Assembly (NCBI GenBank): GCA_951406725.2
Contig: OX597815.1
Location: forward strand, 70,184,001 to 70,248,000
Direction: 5' to 3'
DNA: 64,000 nucleotides
Origin: Octopus vulgaris
Taxonomy: Eukaryota
The notes beneath the pieces are model-generated. The model saw only the letters and a program-made list of their open reading frames with translations. It was not told the DNA's origin and did no database searches. Shown piece by piece: positions 38,373 through 52,865 of the stretch; the first letter of the stretch is position 1; every line of letters starts with the position of its first letter. The position numbers were made by a program, and so were the translations under genes.

Positions 38373-41300
38373 TTAAAGGGTTAATTTTAGCTTCGCAGGG
38401 TGTTTTTTTTAAATCTTATATGCAATAGGTAAAGCTGAAAGCTGGTGAGTAACCAATTTGAATGTGTGCTAATTTTAGTGTAAGTTTGTTCATGCCTATG
38501 CCTGTTTGCAGTTGGCTTTTGTAGGATTCCAACACAAGTATTTAGCTATTTGCTACTATTGATGTGCAGGCTTGGCAGGCATTTTTTATCTCAGAGAACA
38601 CCTCCATAACACACATACATGATGGTGTCTGTGCAATAGTGAAGGTGCACAGGCACATTCCTGTGTGCTGGCACCCTCATTGTCCAAGTCTAAGCTTTGT
38701 TTAATTTAATTTAATGTTATTTGGGTAATCCTGACTTGGCAGGAAAATTACCAGGAGATAGACGATGATTGATACACTGAAATAGAAATAGAGTGTTACT
38801 TGAGAAGGACAGACTGGATCAAAAGAAGGTTTGTGATGATGCAGGAATAAAATGTTTGGAAGCATGGAAGAAAAAGTAATGTTAAACGAGCAATGATGAC
38901 TGATGATGATAAGGAAGAGGATAATGGCGAGTCAGGTGCTAAAATTAAGTATTGTTTTTTGTTGTTGTTTTTTGTACGCTTTTTGTTCACATATTTCAAC
39001 AATTATTTCTAGGGATGTACTGTAGATTGAACAACAGTTATGGAGTAAGTATAGGGGTTGTTATGGTATCATATCATGTTATCTATCTGTACTGGTTGGG
39101 TGGAAGGAGAGGGAACAACGATGGTAGTGGTGGTAGCAGTGGTGCTGATGGATGGATGTAACTAAACTGGCAATTGCAAAAATATTCTTTTTTATTCAAG
39201 TGAATCACAGCTGTCAACAGCTATCAGTTATTTCCCCCAGATAGTATTATACTGCTACAGCCATTACTACTACCATCACCACCATGACAACCACTGCTAC
39301 CACCACCACCACCACTGATACTATTGCTTCCATGTTACATCAACAAAAACAAACCCTCCCCACAGACATGCACCCACGTCAGGCTTTCGTGTTACATATC
39401 CTTCATGTGTCCAGTCAACCAAGTATGTAATGGCACTACTTTATGTCACTCGAATGGAAGATTCCCTGATAATAAAACAATGATTCCATTGTGTTGGCAA
39501 CAGCAACAAAAGCCATGACAAGCCATTGGATCCATCGCTAAGAAACAAAGCATTCATTTTTAAAGTAGTAGTAGTAGTAGTAGTAGTAATGATGGTGATG
39601 GTGACGATTTAAACCTATCATGGAGATACTTCGGTGCAATGAGTGTGTTAAATTGGAAATCAAATACTTCTGGAATGAGACACTCCGTAAATATTTGAGA
39701 ACATCATCATCATCATCGTTGTTGTCATTCTTTTAATCCCTACTTTTCCATGCTTTCATGGGTCAGACAAAATTCATTGACACATCATTTTTCTACAGCC
39801 AGATAGATGCTTTTCCTGTTGCCAACCATTGTCTGTTATCAAAGAAAGTGTTACATGCTTTTCTTTTGCAAGCCAACAGGGCTTCCTTTGGGGAAAATGT
39901 GTGTAGGTTGAAATTACAGGGTAGTTGATGATCTACCATAATGCAGGCAGTGACCTTGGCAACACCTACCTTGGTGCTCTCACTTGGACATATTTTCACA
40001 GAAGACTGCAAGCAAACTTCATGTACAATGCTGGGTATGTGGGTGTATATATTATCCGAGATGTCTTTTTCTTTCCAAAGATGGTAGGGTATGATTCAAG
40101 GGAGGTTGGTTGCTATTTCTAGTGTGCCTAGTGACCACATGGAAGCTGCCTTTGTGAAGACAAGAACACACACACACACGCACAAGGTACTATTTCCCTA
40201 GTCTGAACATATTTTCATGGAAAACTGCAAATATGTCACTTTTTGTGTGATGGGGTGGGGAGTAAAGTTTTTGTTTACAGTTAAAACATAATGTTGATGC
40301 CACATAAAAAGCACTTGTGCTGGCGCCATGTAAAAACACTCCTCCCTGCACCCAGCACACACTGTAAAGTGGGTGGCATTAAGAAGGGCATCCAGCCATA
40401 GGGACCAAGCCAAATCAGACTGGAATTTGGTGCAGCTCTCCTGTTTGCCAGCTTTGTTCAAACTGTCCAACCCATGCCAGCATAGAAAACGGATGTTAGA
40501 AACAATGATGATGGTGATGGTGATGATGATGATGATGATGGGCTTTTTTTACAGTTTCTTTTTCCCAAATCCACTCAATGTTTTGATCAGACCAGAGCCA
40601 TAGTAGAAGACACATGTCCAAGGTGATGCACAGTGGGCCTGAAACCAAAACTATGTAACTGTACCTGAGCTTATATTAGCCAATGAATACATTGGCTAAT
40701 TAACTAATTTATTAACTCTGTTAACAGGTTATAAAAAGCACCTTCTTCAAGATGCTCAATCTGCTAATCTTATGTGTTTGGCCATGTCATTGTCAATACC
40801 TTTCAATTTGCTGTAGATTAAACAAGTTGTTTAATCACAAATAAGCTGTGATCAGGCAGACTTATGATCATAAACATTCCAGTTGTGACTGTCCCATCTT
40901 AATTTCAAACATGATACCCAATTCTTTAGTCTGGTTGAGGTCATGACAACTTTCTAGTGTTGAAGTACAATAAAGTGTTCTCATTATAATCTGTAAAATA
41001 ATCAGTGATTAGAAGGGCATCAAGCTTTAGAACCAACCCCAAAAATGGAATGCATGAAGAAGGCATGATCTTCCACCCCATCCCATGAGGCCAACATCTA
41101 TCCAGGAAGGCAATAACTGTTCAGGGGATGACACTTGCCCAAGATGCCACACAGTGGTACTGAACCTGAAACCACACAGTTGGGAAGCAAACCTTTTAAT
41201 CACACAACTACATCTGCATCAGTGGAATATTGCAATAAATATAAGTATTACAGATATTTTACTAAACCACTTCTAATTCTTAATTGTTTTGAAGATTAAC

Positions 41301-42460
41301 TGAAATCCATCATTAATCTGAGTCATCAGATAATGTTAAGTTAAAAGAAGGGATTAATGGTAAAACAATGAAAGAAAATCAATGACTTCAACAGTTCCAG
41401 CTATTTTAAGACAAAACCATATGGACATTAATGGCAAAGATGATTCCATGATCTAAATATTCTTCAGTGAAAGGAAATCATTCAGTAATTGAGGAACGGA
41501 TACCTGGAAAAGGAAGAAGAGTCTTGTGAATTTATTTATGGTAAAAGGTCATCCATTTGTAGCTCTTAATGTTTGTTTACTTCTGAATAAATCTTGTTCA
41601 AAGATCTATAAATGCTCATCTTCATGATCTTTTTACTTGTTTCTGACTGCGGCCATACTGGGGCACAACTTTGAAGAATTTTTAGTCAAATGAACCTGCT
41701 CCAATACTTTTTTTTTAAAAGCCTGATAGATAGTCTATCATTCTCTTTTGCTAAGTCACTACGTTACAGGGACGTAAACAGAACAACAGTAATGGGGGAC
41801 ATCCTCAAGCACAAAGAGATATACACACAAACACATGACAGACTTTTTTCAGTTTCTGCCTACCAAATCCACTTACAAGGGTTTGGTTGGCCTAAGGCTA
41901 AAAAGAAATCATTTGCTCAAGGTACCATGTAGTAGTACCAATCCTCACCTATTTCCAAGTAAGGCTCTTTCTGAGTACATTCTGTGTTCAAATTCTACCA
42001 AAGTCATCCTTTCAGAGTTGATGAAATAAGTACAGTTAAGCACTGGGGTTGATGTAATTGACTAGTCTCCTTGCCCAAAATTTCAGGTCTTGTGCCTATT
42101 GTAGAAAGGATTATTATTGTTACTAACATTAATATTATTAAATTTTACTTCTCAGGGCTCTCAATCTTACTTCCTCACAGTTAATTCTGTGAGAGTGGAC
42201 AGCAACCTGTTGTCAAAGGTCTCACAGGGTCTCTTTCTATGAATTATAAGATTTGGTACTTAGATGTTAAGTATTGTGGAAGATATTTAACACCCAAGTA
42301 CCAATCTCAAAATTCTCGCTGTCCCCAATGGAACGGTTTTTTGAGTATGTTTTACCCTTATGTCAATTCCAATTTCTCAGACATATTTCTCAGTGTCAGT
42401 TCCAATTTCTCCAACATATTAATTATTATTATTCACTGAATTTTATTTTTGTCATTTCAG

Positions 42461-42613
42461 GCTATCTCGGTATGAAAAAACTAACGAAATGCTTCTCAAT
42501 TTCAATCTTCTGTCTTCATCTCGCTACGAAGCAACGTGTCACAAGTTCAAGAAAGACACATTACTCCTGTACGAGATGAAAAAAGACCTAGATACAGTCT
42601 TTAAAAGAATCAG
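42461..42613 (+). CDS. KXD1: KXD1 coding exon 2 (KxDL motif)
   Basis: Acceptor tttcag; G+LSRYEKTNEMLLNFNLLSSSRYEATCHKFKKDTLLLYEMKKDLDTVFKRI+AG; donor gtcagt; the EKTNEMLLNFN and MKKDLD..F.RIR motifs are diagnostic. Confidence 0.95.
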
Positions 42614-45169
42614 GTCAGTAGTGATTTTCAATTGTTTTTTTGGGGGGAGGGGTATCAAAGTTCAAACAAATTTAGAACAAGCCACGATGGTAATTTCCAT
42701 GTGGTCACCAGACATGCTAGAAATAGCAACCAAGAAAAGGACACCTCGGATAATGTATGCACTACTTACCTCTTAAAAGCAATTTTAAAAGAGCCCATAA
42801 TACCTGATGGTTGCTGCTGAAACTCCCTTTGATGAAGGATTCACTCAATTGAGGTTGATCTAGGTCTTTTTTTTTTGTAACTCAACAGCAATAACAACAA
42901 CCACAAGAAGAATTAGTGTACTTCAACAACAGATCTTCAGTCAATGTGAATTGCAACGTAATTGTGAAGAAATGGTGAAATGCAAAAAATGCATTATTTT
43001 GTCAGGTCCTAAGGTTGTTGACATTTTAGACATCCCTAGTTAAAGGACCTCATAAACAGGAGTTAAGATTACTATTGAAGTGAAAAGTATGTGTGTCTTG
43101 GATGATACACAAGCTATGGCCATACTGGGGCACTGACTGTGTATCACCATTCAAATCTGCCCCTGTACATATTTTCTTAAGTCTAGAATATTCTATTACT
43201 CTTTTTTGCTAAACTGCTAAGTTACCGGGTTTGTTAACAAACCACTAGTCGTCAAGCACTGAGTGATGAATATGAAGATGTGTGAGCAGGTGCATACACA
43301 TCATCATCATCGTTTGATTTCCATTTTCCATACTGGCATGGTTTAGACCGTTTGAACTTCCTAACACCAACCACTTTACAGAGTGTGTTGAGTGCTTTTT
43401 ACATGCCACTGGCATGAGTGCATTTTACATGGCACCAGTACCTGAAGACAAAAACCCTTAAGCTGGGAGAGGGAGTGGAGGCATGGACCTAAAAGACATC
43501 CCTGTATGTATGGATGGCCGTGATTTTACTTAGCTTGATATGTCTTCTCAAGTACAGCACATTGCCACAAGTGCTGGTCCTTTTGTCATCTCCTCAGTGA
43601 AGCCCAGTTTCTGGAGATCCTTTCTCACCACTTCATTCCACATCTTCCTGGGTCTACACCTTTCACAGGTTCCCTCTACAATTAGAGATCAGCACTTCAT
43701 TATATACATACATTGCATACATATATACACTATGGGGTTCAATATAGTTTCTCTTTACCAAGTACACTGACATGGTGTTGGTCCATCTGAGGCTATAGTA
43801 GAAAGCACTTGACCAAGGCACCAAACAGTGGGACTAAACTTGAAACCACATTGATATGAAACTGATTTCTTAACCTCAGCTTTGCCTGCACCTAGAAACA
43901 GCTCAGCATAGCCACATTCTAATACTAAACTATGTAATAAAAAAGCAACAGGAGAGAAGCACAAAAGACAAGAATGCATACTTTCACCTTGACTGTAATC
44001 TTGACCCCAACCCATTTTCATTCTATTAGATACCTTAATTTTCAATAGGGAAGTCTTAGGATCTGACAAAATTACAAACGTACACCTTGCATTCCTATGA
44101 ACCTATCTACCTACACTTCCCATCTCCCCATCCTTAGTCCATATTCTCTCTTATACTCACCTTCTTACACCTTGACTGTGTACTTTGATGCCTCATCACC
44201 AACATTATTATTTTCTTTCCATCCACTCCTATATAATGTCAGGAAGCCATGTATCACCTGTGCTTGTCCTGTCATATTTTAAGTTCTCGACACTTGGCAT
44301 AAAGTTACTTCTCCCTCTTCTACAACCCTATTCGGTCAAGGTATTTTTTTTTTTGTCTTGCAATTTTCTTGCTCATCTCACTAGTGCTGGTACCATAAAA
44401 AAAGTACCCAGTATACTCGGTAATGTGGTTGGTGTCAGGAAGGGCATCCAACTGTAGAAACAATGGCCAAGCAGTCATTGGGCCATGCTGGACAAATTGA
44501 CAGGATCTGATGAATCCAAGGATCCATCAGATCCTATCGACCTGTCCAGCCCATCCCAGTAGAAGATAGATGAATAATAAGACATCTTAGTTCTGGAGGT
44601 TTTACATTCACCATTGTTTTCACTTATACCTATATCAAGCTAATGAGAGAGTCTGTCCATGGGTCATAGATGTGTTAGAAATAGCAGCCAAACTTCACTC
44701 AAATCACACCTAATTTGAATAATATATTCCTGATTTCCTTGTACCTCGGAAAAAGATAAGATGATCATAGAAGATCAATACGTTTGATCATATTTTTGAT
44801 TAGGGCTGAATTACAGTTTAAATGTAACTGCCATGATTGGACCTCCGTGTGGCATAACCTTCTAGAAATATCAGCCAAATATATATCAAATCATATGAAG
44901 CCATTAATAAAAAAAGAATATATAGGATAATGTAGTCCTAGGTACACTACTATACTTCGAAAATAAGATGGTATGGCCACAACTAAAACACCTTTTGTTT
45001 TTAGGTCTTCTCCATCATGTAGTATGAACATCAGTATTCAGGTCTAAATCCACTGTTGTATATCGTTAAGAATCGCTTGATGTGCTTTTGTGAAATAGCA
45101 TAAAAAAGTATCCTACCCTGTTTGGATTTATAGAATGTGTCAAAGTGACCCTATGCAGTATTTTATCTG

Positions 45170-45462
45170 TTCCAGGCGTAAAACTACTCATATGCTGAGA
45201 GTTGCTGAAGCATGGAACAAACTGCCGGCATCAGTTGTTAGTTGTCAGAGCACTGCATCCTTCAAAACGTCCATGCTTCCTGAGATTCGCCAACACTACA
45301 CTTGATTTTCTCCCTTCCATACACACACAAGCATGTATCTGACTCATACATTGTTCGCTTTCCAGACATTTCTACATTACTGCATGTACTTTATATGCAC
45401 TTTCTGACAAGTTGCGGTGCACCTGAGCACTGTATACAATAATTTCATTATATTATATTATA
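45170..45462 (+). mobile_element. CR1/L2/Jockey-group LINE 3' end
   Basis: LRVAEAWNKLPASVVSCQSTASFK...* followed by 3' UTR and A/T tail; tail fragment repeated at ~46685-46740. Confidence 0.65.
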
Positions 45463-45581
45463 ATCTAATACAAGGGAAGCAACTCTGCTCCTAGCCTTTG
45501 TGAGTTGACTTTAAATGAAAGTAAATATATATAGTAAGCTCTCGCTGAGTTATTTTTAATAGTTATATATTCATATATTTA

Positions 45582-46147
45582 TTGGGTTGTCCTGAAAGTT
45601 CGTGTCGATTTTTAAAGGAAAGAAAAAATTCAATAAATACTTGCCATTACATTTTTAATCAACCAAATATGAACCATTTTGTTGCACAGTGCATCTCCAT
45701 ATTTCCTTTAACTTGAAAATACCCTCTTCCCAGAATTGAGGTGGTTTCATGGCAAAGAATTCATCAAGGTATCTTTTTACATCATCCAAGGAATTGAAAT
45801 TTTTACCATTAAGACTATTCTGCAGAGACCTGAATAAGTATAAATCCGAAGGAGCAATATCTGGTGAATATGGAGGGTGGGGTAACACATCCCAGCCGAG
45901 CTGCAGCAATCTTTGTCTGGTTCCCAAAGCATCAAGTGCCGAAAATGAACTTTCTTATCTTCTATTTTAAAGGGTTACAGAATTAACACAGGTTATAGGA
46001 ACATAAACCTTCTTCCACGGAAAGATAGCTTAAACTTTGCTCTAAATGGAAGTGTAGTCAAATCCTATTTTATGGACTCAACCATGTTCTAAAATAAGTC
46101 GAAAGGTAAGCTACTATAAATCGGCACGATCTTTCCGGACAACCCAA
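45582..46147 (-). mobile_element. Internally deleted mariner element
   Basis: ~30-bp TIRs ttgggttgtcc.gaaag.tcgtg.cgattt, TA on both flanks; transposase C-terminus with HPPYSPDIAPSD (45655-45927). Confidence 0.92.
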
Positions 46148-46607
46148 TATATTTATAAAGTTATTAAATTTTCGAGGTTAAAGATAATAAAAATCAGTTC
46201 CATTCTTTATTATTCGAAAACAAAAAAAAAAAAAACCATAGCAATCATTACTAACCTGTTTTTAAATTAGTGTTTTAGACATGTTCTCCCGTTACGTAAA
46301 CACAATAGGGCGATGACTAAGGCGAGTTGTTACAATGTTAGATAGAAAACTATGTAGTATTTGTTTAAACTTTCTGCCCTTTGAGTGCAAACTTGCCAAG
46401 TTCAACTTTACACTCTTTCGATTTGTGCAACCAAATATACTGGAGCACACAATTGTAAAACATTGCCTCAATAATATATATTCATTCTTCCATGCTAGCA
46501 TGGAAGAATGAATGTAAAAACAAAGGAATAATCGTTTTCTATCTTTTTTTCTTTTCCATTCTGTGTAATGTGTGTACTTTGAGCATTCTTTGCTGTTTTT
46601 CTTTATT

Positions 46608-46651
<44 letters not shown>

Positions 46652-48234
46652 TCTCTCTAGTCATTCTCCTTTTCTTTTACCTTTCCTGACAAGTTATAGT
46701 GCACTGTATACAATAAGCTCATTATTATTATTATCATTATTATGCTACATAGGTGCAAGTAGTACAACTCTCGAGTAGCTATGATTGTGAGTTCAATTTG
46801 TGTTAAAGTTACATGTGGAATTTTTAAGAGGGCAGCGAAAATGCAGTGAACTCGCAGGATCGTTAGCATTCCAAGCAAAATGCTTAACAGTATTACATCC
46901 ATCTTTGTTCTGAGTTAAAATTCTGCCAAGGTTGACTTAGCCTTTCATCTTTTATGGGGGTTGATAAAATAAATGCCAGTTGAACACTAGGGTTCATGTA
47001 ATTGACTATTCCCCTCCCCCAAAATTTCAGGCCTTGTGCCTTTAGTAGAAAGGATTATTATTATTATTAAGGTGGCAAGCTGGCAGAAACATTAGCATAT
47101 TGGGCAAAATGCTTAGCAGTATTTCGTCTGTCTTTATGTTCTGAGTTCAAATTCCGCTGATGTCGACTGTTGCCTTTCATCGTTTTGGAGTCGATAAATT
47201 AAGTACCAGTAGAACACTGGAGTTGATGTAATCAACTCAACTCTTCCCCCAAAATTGCTGCCCTTGTGGAAAAATTTCAAACTATTGTTGTTGTTGTTGT
47301 TGTTGGTGTTGCTGTTATAAAAATGATGGGGTAGGAAAGAGCTAAGTCAAAAGTGTAAAGATTTACTCTTGTTAGTTATGAGTTGAATGCTATAGTTTTA
47401 CGTTGCAGCTAGTTAATGTTGATGGTGATGCTTCTATGAGTTAGAGAGAATTTGTTGAGGCAGATTTTCTAAGGCCAAGATGCCCTTCTTGTTGCTAGCC
47501 CTTGCATGTTCCTAAGCAAAACAATATTTCTTCATGGCCAGACATATTCTTATGAAAGATTGGAGACAAATGACATACTTTGTATGATAGTGACACTTAT
47601 TTATGACTATTACATGATACCCTGATGAGAAGGGCACACACACACACACACCAGTAACATTTAAAATCCATCTTCTATGCTAGCATTAGGGGATGAAGAG
47701 AAATAACCCAGAAATCGCGATACACAGATATTGTTTTGAGCTGAGGGTGGGTGCTAGATTCCCTTGTTCGAAAATATAAGGATACAGATCGTGTCATATA
47801 GCCAACTGGAGAGGATGTCTCCTGGGACTAAATTACAGCAATGTTAGTCCTAAACCAGGACTGCCATGTTATGTTAGCAAACTATCTTTACTACATGTAT
47901 TGAACAGTTTGAAACAATGTAAGGCAGAGGACTGCCATGTAAAAAGCACCCAGTACACTCTGTGTGTTAGGAAGAGCATCCTGCTGTAAAAACCAAGCCA
48001 AAACAGACTATGAAACCTGGTGTGGTCCCTGGCCTTGCCAATTCCTGACAAGCCATCCAACCCGTGCTAGCATGGAAAATGGACGTTAAATGTTGATGAT
48101 GATACAATGTGCAGTAGTGTAACAAATAATAAAAATTCAGTGATTAATAATTCCTACAAGAGGATCAGAAGAAAAATATTCCAAGTTCTTACATGTAAGT
48201 CTTTTTATTTATTTATTTATTTATTTATTTGCAG

Positions 48235-48281
48235 AAATCTGAAACAGAGATTAAACAAAATATACCCTGAAGCCTTCTCAG
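48235..48281 (+). CDS. KXD1: KXD1 coding exon 3
   Basis: Acceptor tttgcag; A+NLKQRLNKIYPEAFS+G; donor gtatga; phase fits exon 2; PEAF motif conserved. Confidence 0.92.
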
Positions 48282-50199
48282 GTATGATTTTTATTATTAT
48301 TTGCAAACAAAATGCTTAGCAGCATTTCTTCCACTTCCTTATGTTCTTAGTTCAAATTCCACTGAGGTCAGTTTTGCCTTTCATTCTTTTGGGATCAATA
48401 AAATATCAGTTGAACACTGGGCTCAGTGTAATCAACTTATCCCCTAAAATTGCTGGACTTATGCCGAAATTTGAAACAACAACAATTATTATTATTATCA
48501 TTAATCTTATGTTGAGTTCAAATTCCACCCAGACCAACTTTGTCTGTCATCCTTTTGGGGTCAATAAAATAAGTACCAGTTATGCACTGGGGTCAATGTA
48601 ATCATCTAGCACCCTCCCCCACAGTTTCAGTCCTTTTGCCTATAGTAGAAAGTATTATTCTTATTATTAATAATTGTTTAGGTGAAAAAATGACTGTATG
48701 ATTAAGAAGTCCCAACCACTTACTTTCAGGTTGCATCTCACTGCATGGCATCTCATCTTGAGCAAGGTTCTTCTACTATAACCCTGAGCCAACAAAAGAC
48801 TTGTGAGTGGATCTGGTAGACAGAAACTGAGAGATGCTTGTAGTATATATATGTAGTATATATATATGGTTGGCGTTAGGAAGGACATCCAGCTGTAGAA
48901 ACTCTGCCAGATCAAGACTGGAGCCTGGTGCAGCCATCTGGTTGCCATAGAGGAAATATTACCTTGCTTAGATACAAGTGAGGGTTGGTGACAGGAAGGG
49001 CACCCAGTTATAGATAATCTAACTCATCAAATCTCATCTAACCCATGCAAACATGGAACAGTGGACATTATAAAGGTGGTGATGATGATGATACATACAA
49101 GTGCACACACAAACACACATATACAAACACATACGTGTGTGTGTGTGTGTGTATGAAGCTTGTTTTGCAGCCAAGTGGATTTGGGTTCAGTCCCACTGCA
49201 TGGCACCTTTGGGATGTGCCTTTTATTATAAATCCGGGTGACCAATGCCTTATGAGTGAATTCTGTGGGCAGAAGCTGTGTAGAAACACATCATGTATAG
49301 AGATAGACAGACAGACAGACAGATATATACATATATATATATTCTTCCCAAGCATGAAACAAATACACCTGCTTGTTGTTCCCTCACCTGCCTTTGTCTT
49401 TTGCTTTCTGTAAATTTGGATTCTGTGTGTGTGTGTGTCCCACACCATGCCAGCATGAAGTAGTGACCATAAAATAATAATGATGAGTTTAACTTCTTTG
49501 ATCTTATGTTAAAACTGAAACATATCATGATAGAATGATCTTAGTTTTTTAAGAACTCACAAAAACTGCCATATTCGCTTGTTATTTCTTAACAGTCCTC
49601 TCTTATCCTGTCTGTTTATTATGATGAATAGAAAAGCTTTCCTTTCTTTTGTTTTTTTTTTCTTTACACACTTCTGTGACTTGGTCACTGACATTGATGC
49701 AGAAGAATCATGGCAGAACTTGAGAACTTTTTACCACTTGATGATAAATTAATTACACTTATCTTCATCATTATCATTTTTTAATGTCCACTTTTCCATG
49801 TTTGCATAGGACAGACAGAATTTGTTGAGGTAAATTTTCTGAGGCCAGGTGCTCTTCTTGTCATCAACTCTAACCTGTTTCCAAGTTAAGAAATATCTCT
49901 TCTTGGCTAGACATGTTTTCATAGAAATGAAAAACACTGCTTGTATGATGGTGATGCTTTCCTACAGCTATTATTTAAAGTCAAAACAAGAACACACACA
50001 CAAGCATACACACATGTACTTCTTTCATTTTCTGCCTACCAAATCCACTTACAAAGCTTTGGTTGATCTAGGGCTATTGTAGAAGACACTTGGCCCAGGT
50101 GCCATGCATTGAGACCAAACCTGGAACTATGTGATTGGGGAGTGAACTTCTTATCGCACAGACATGTCTGTTAACAAAAAGTGAAAACTAAGGATTTTG

Positions 50200-50745
50200 T
50201 GTGTTCTTAAATATCTCCATTGTCTGTTCCTTGATATAACTGCAATATATTGGTCCGTAGCAATGTAAAAGTACACTTTTAGTGATACAAATTTATGACT
50301 TTGTTTTCCTTCACCAACTTTGTGTCATTTATATCACTTATGGCTTCAACAATGATAAACACCACAATAATCACTTTTGCCTCCTTTGATAATCTTGAAG
50401 TCCATGATCATATTAAAGAGTCCTTTTCCAATTTGTCTTCTGGTGCCATGAGAAATGTTTCTATATTGTATGGAGAGAGAATATCATTCTCAAGAATCAT
50501 ACATTTTGAATGTGCTTGTTTTTCTTGCATCTAAAATATTACATGCATACACTCTTCCGTTCTATTTTCTCTCTGTCTTACTGTTTATACATAAACAGGC
50601 ATACACGTATTATTTTTCTTTAGGGTTTTGCCCAAGACAGTTGCATTTTTTTGTTTTTAGCGTAATTCCATTTTTATATTACTGAGTTCTTTTAAATATT
50701 TCTTATTTCATATATCACTAATTTCAATGTTTGGAAAATTAAATC

Positions 50746-50784
<39 letters not shown>

Positions 50785-51308
50785 CGAAGAAAATGCCGTT
50801 TCCATCAGAATATATCCCCCGCTATTTTCACTATAAAAATTAATGAACCGAGGCAGTGCAGAGTTACCTACCCTGCATTGTACTTGATGGCTTTTTTTTC
50901 TCTCTTGTATTCGGGTCTCTTACATATAACTCGTATACAGTGTTTCATTGCAATATTCGTAACTCTAAGTAAGCATATGTGACTTAAAAGTGAGTACATT
51001 TCACTTACACAGTGGTTTTGTTTTGTTTTGTAATGACACATTCAATAATATATCCGTTCACTGTGAGATCAAAATTTCCACTGTAGTTCGAACTATCTGT
51101 AGTATATTCACTTCTTTTTCATTCCTTATAGGAATAATTGTCGACTTCTCGTGTATAAAATACACACCAATAGCAGGACTTTCCTTGCCAAATATTTGTG
51201 CACAAGTAAGGTTTGCTGAAATCATAGAAAGAGATAATTCAGCATTCGGCATTACTATAGAGTCGGGAATTAATCTAGTATGCCGAAAGCAGTAATTTCT
51301 TCGGATCT
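50200..51308 (-). pseudogene. Possible disrupted Ig-superfamily exons, antisense in KXD1 intron 3
   Basis: 300-nt segment 51308-51009 bounded by aaacag and gtaagt gives ANLTCAQIFGKESP... and, after a frameshift, DLTVNGYIIECVITK; the next segment (acceptor ttttag at 50531) has DYCGVYHC but multiple stops. Confidence 0.3.
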
Positions 51309-52865
51309 CTGTTTTAAGCATAGTAGATTACAGAGTAGGGATGAGAGTTTTATTTCTACCACCTCCCGTAATTATTTTTCCAGTTTTAACTTGTCGGATT
51401 TATGAGATACTGTGTTGTTAATCTTTGATTTTATGTGTGTATGTGTATTAGAGAATAAAACCAAAAACATTATGGAAAATACAAAAATAGAGTTGGATAT
51501 CTCAAGTATGCAAAACGAATATGTAAATCTTTAAAAATCACTTATTAAATGTTTTTATTTGAAAATAATTCCAAATTCTGCCTTGTTATTTTTTTTTTTT
51601 TAACTTTAAATATTATTACGGCTTTTAGTGCAGCAGATAATTCCTAACTCAGTTCTATAATATCATCATGTATACTTTAAAAATTAGTTTTAGACACCAT
51701 TAATCGTACTTGTCTCTTAGAAAAATATGAATAAATATAATAAAATAACAAATAGAAGGTAGTAATCACAACCATATGATGAGCGTTTTGGCTTGTTGAT
51801 GAAAACATAATTAATAATTAACCAGCCTAGTTCATATTGTTGTAATTAATAATAATGTTACGATGGTTTCGTGTTTCAGTTTTTTATGAAATAAATCACT
51901 TTGAAATCTCTCCTCACTTTAAAGTCGTGAAGTCGCGTCTGTGTACAACAGTTGTTGTTCACCGACTTTATTTGTTTAAAGTCCAACCATGACTGTCCCT
52001 CCACCGGATGTAATCTAGGAAAATTTAAAAAAAGGGATGGAAGAAAATATCGAAGATTTATATTCAGAGAACTATGTCCAATGTTTCTCTTTAGTGAATC
52101 GTGTATGCATGTGAAATTATGATATACATAAGTTTATATCATCTGTTCCCTATGGTACGTTTGTGGTTATTTGTTACTTCTGCATTGGATGTTCCAAGAG
52201 CAATCGGTTGCTGAACTACAACGGATCAGCCTTATGGCTAAGATCAATATCTTATCATCATCGTCATTATTATATATTGATTTCAAATTGTGGCACAAGG
52301 CCAGCAAGTTCGTGGGGAGGGTGACTACTCAATTACATTGACCTCAGTGCTCAACTAGTACTTATTTTATCGACCCCGAAAAGACGAGGTCAAAGTCGAC
52401 CTCAGTGAAATTTGAACTCAACATAAAAACAGACAAAATGCCGCTTTGTATTTTGCGCGGTGTGCTAACGATTTTACCAACTATATATTAATGAGGGTTA
52501 ATTTCTCTCTATAAGAAAAAAGCCATCTTGTTTTGTGTTATTTATCCACCTTATCTCCATTAAGTCCGAGGAGCTAGTCGTGTTTTCTAACATGAGGAGC
52601 GAAGTCAACCTGTTATATATATATTTGTGTGTGTGTGTTTAAGGGCAGTTATTTTATGTGTGTGTAGAAAGTGTGTCAATAGCCAGCTGGAGATGTCTTC
52701 CTGGGGCTACAAGCTACAGTAGCATTAACCCTTAAGGGATAGCCACATTTAGGTGGCAAATATACTTCACGATGTCGTTCAGCTACTGTTTGTACCTCGC
52801 TCAGAGATTTATTATTGCTTGTTTCCACGTTTCCAAGATCATTCCCATCGCCAACCGGTGGTTGT

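Noticed and set aside
40675-40700. 11-bp perfect hairpin attagccaatg/cattggctaat
   Set aside because: Isolated and short, with no supporting context.
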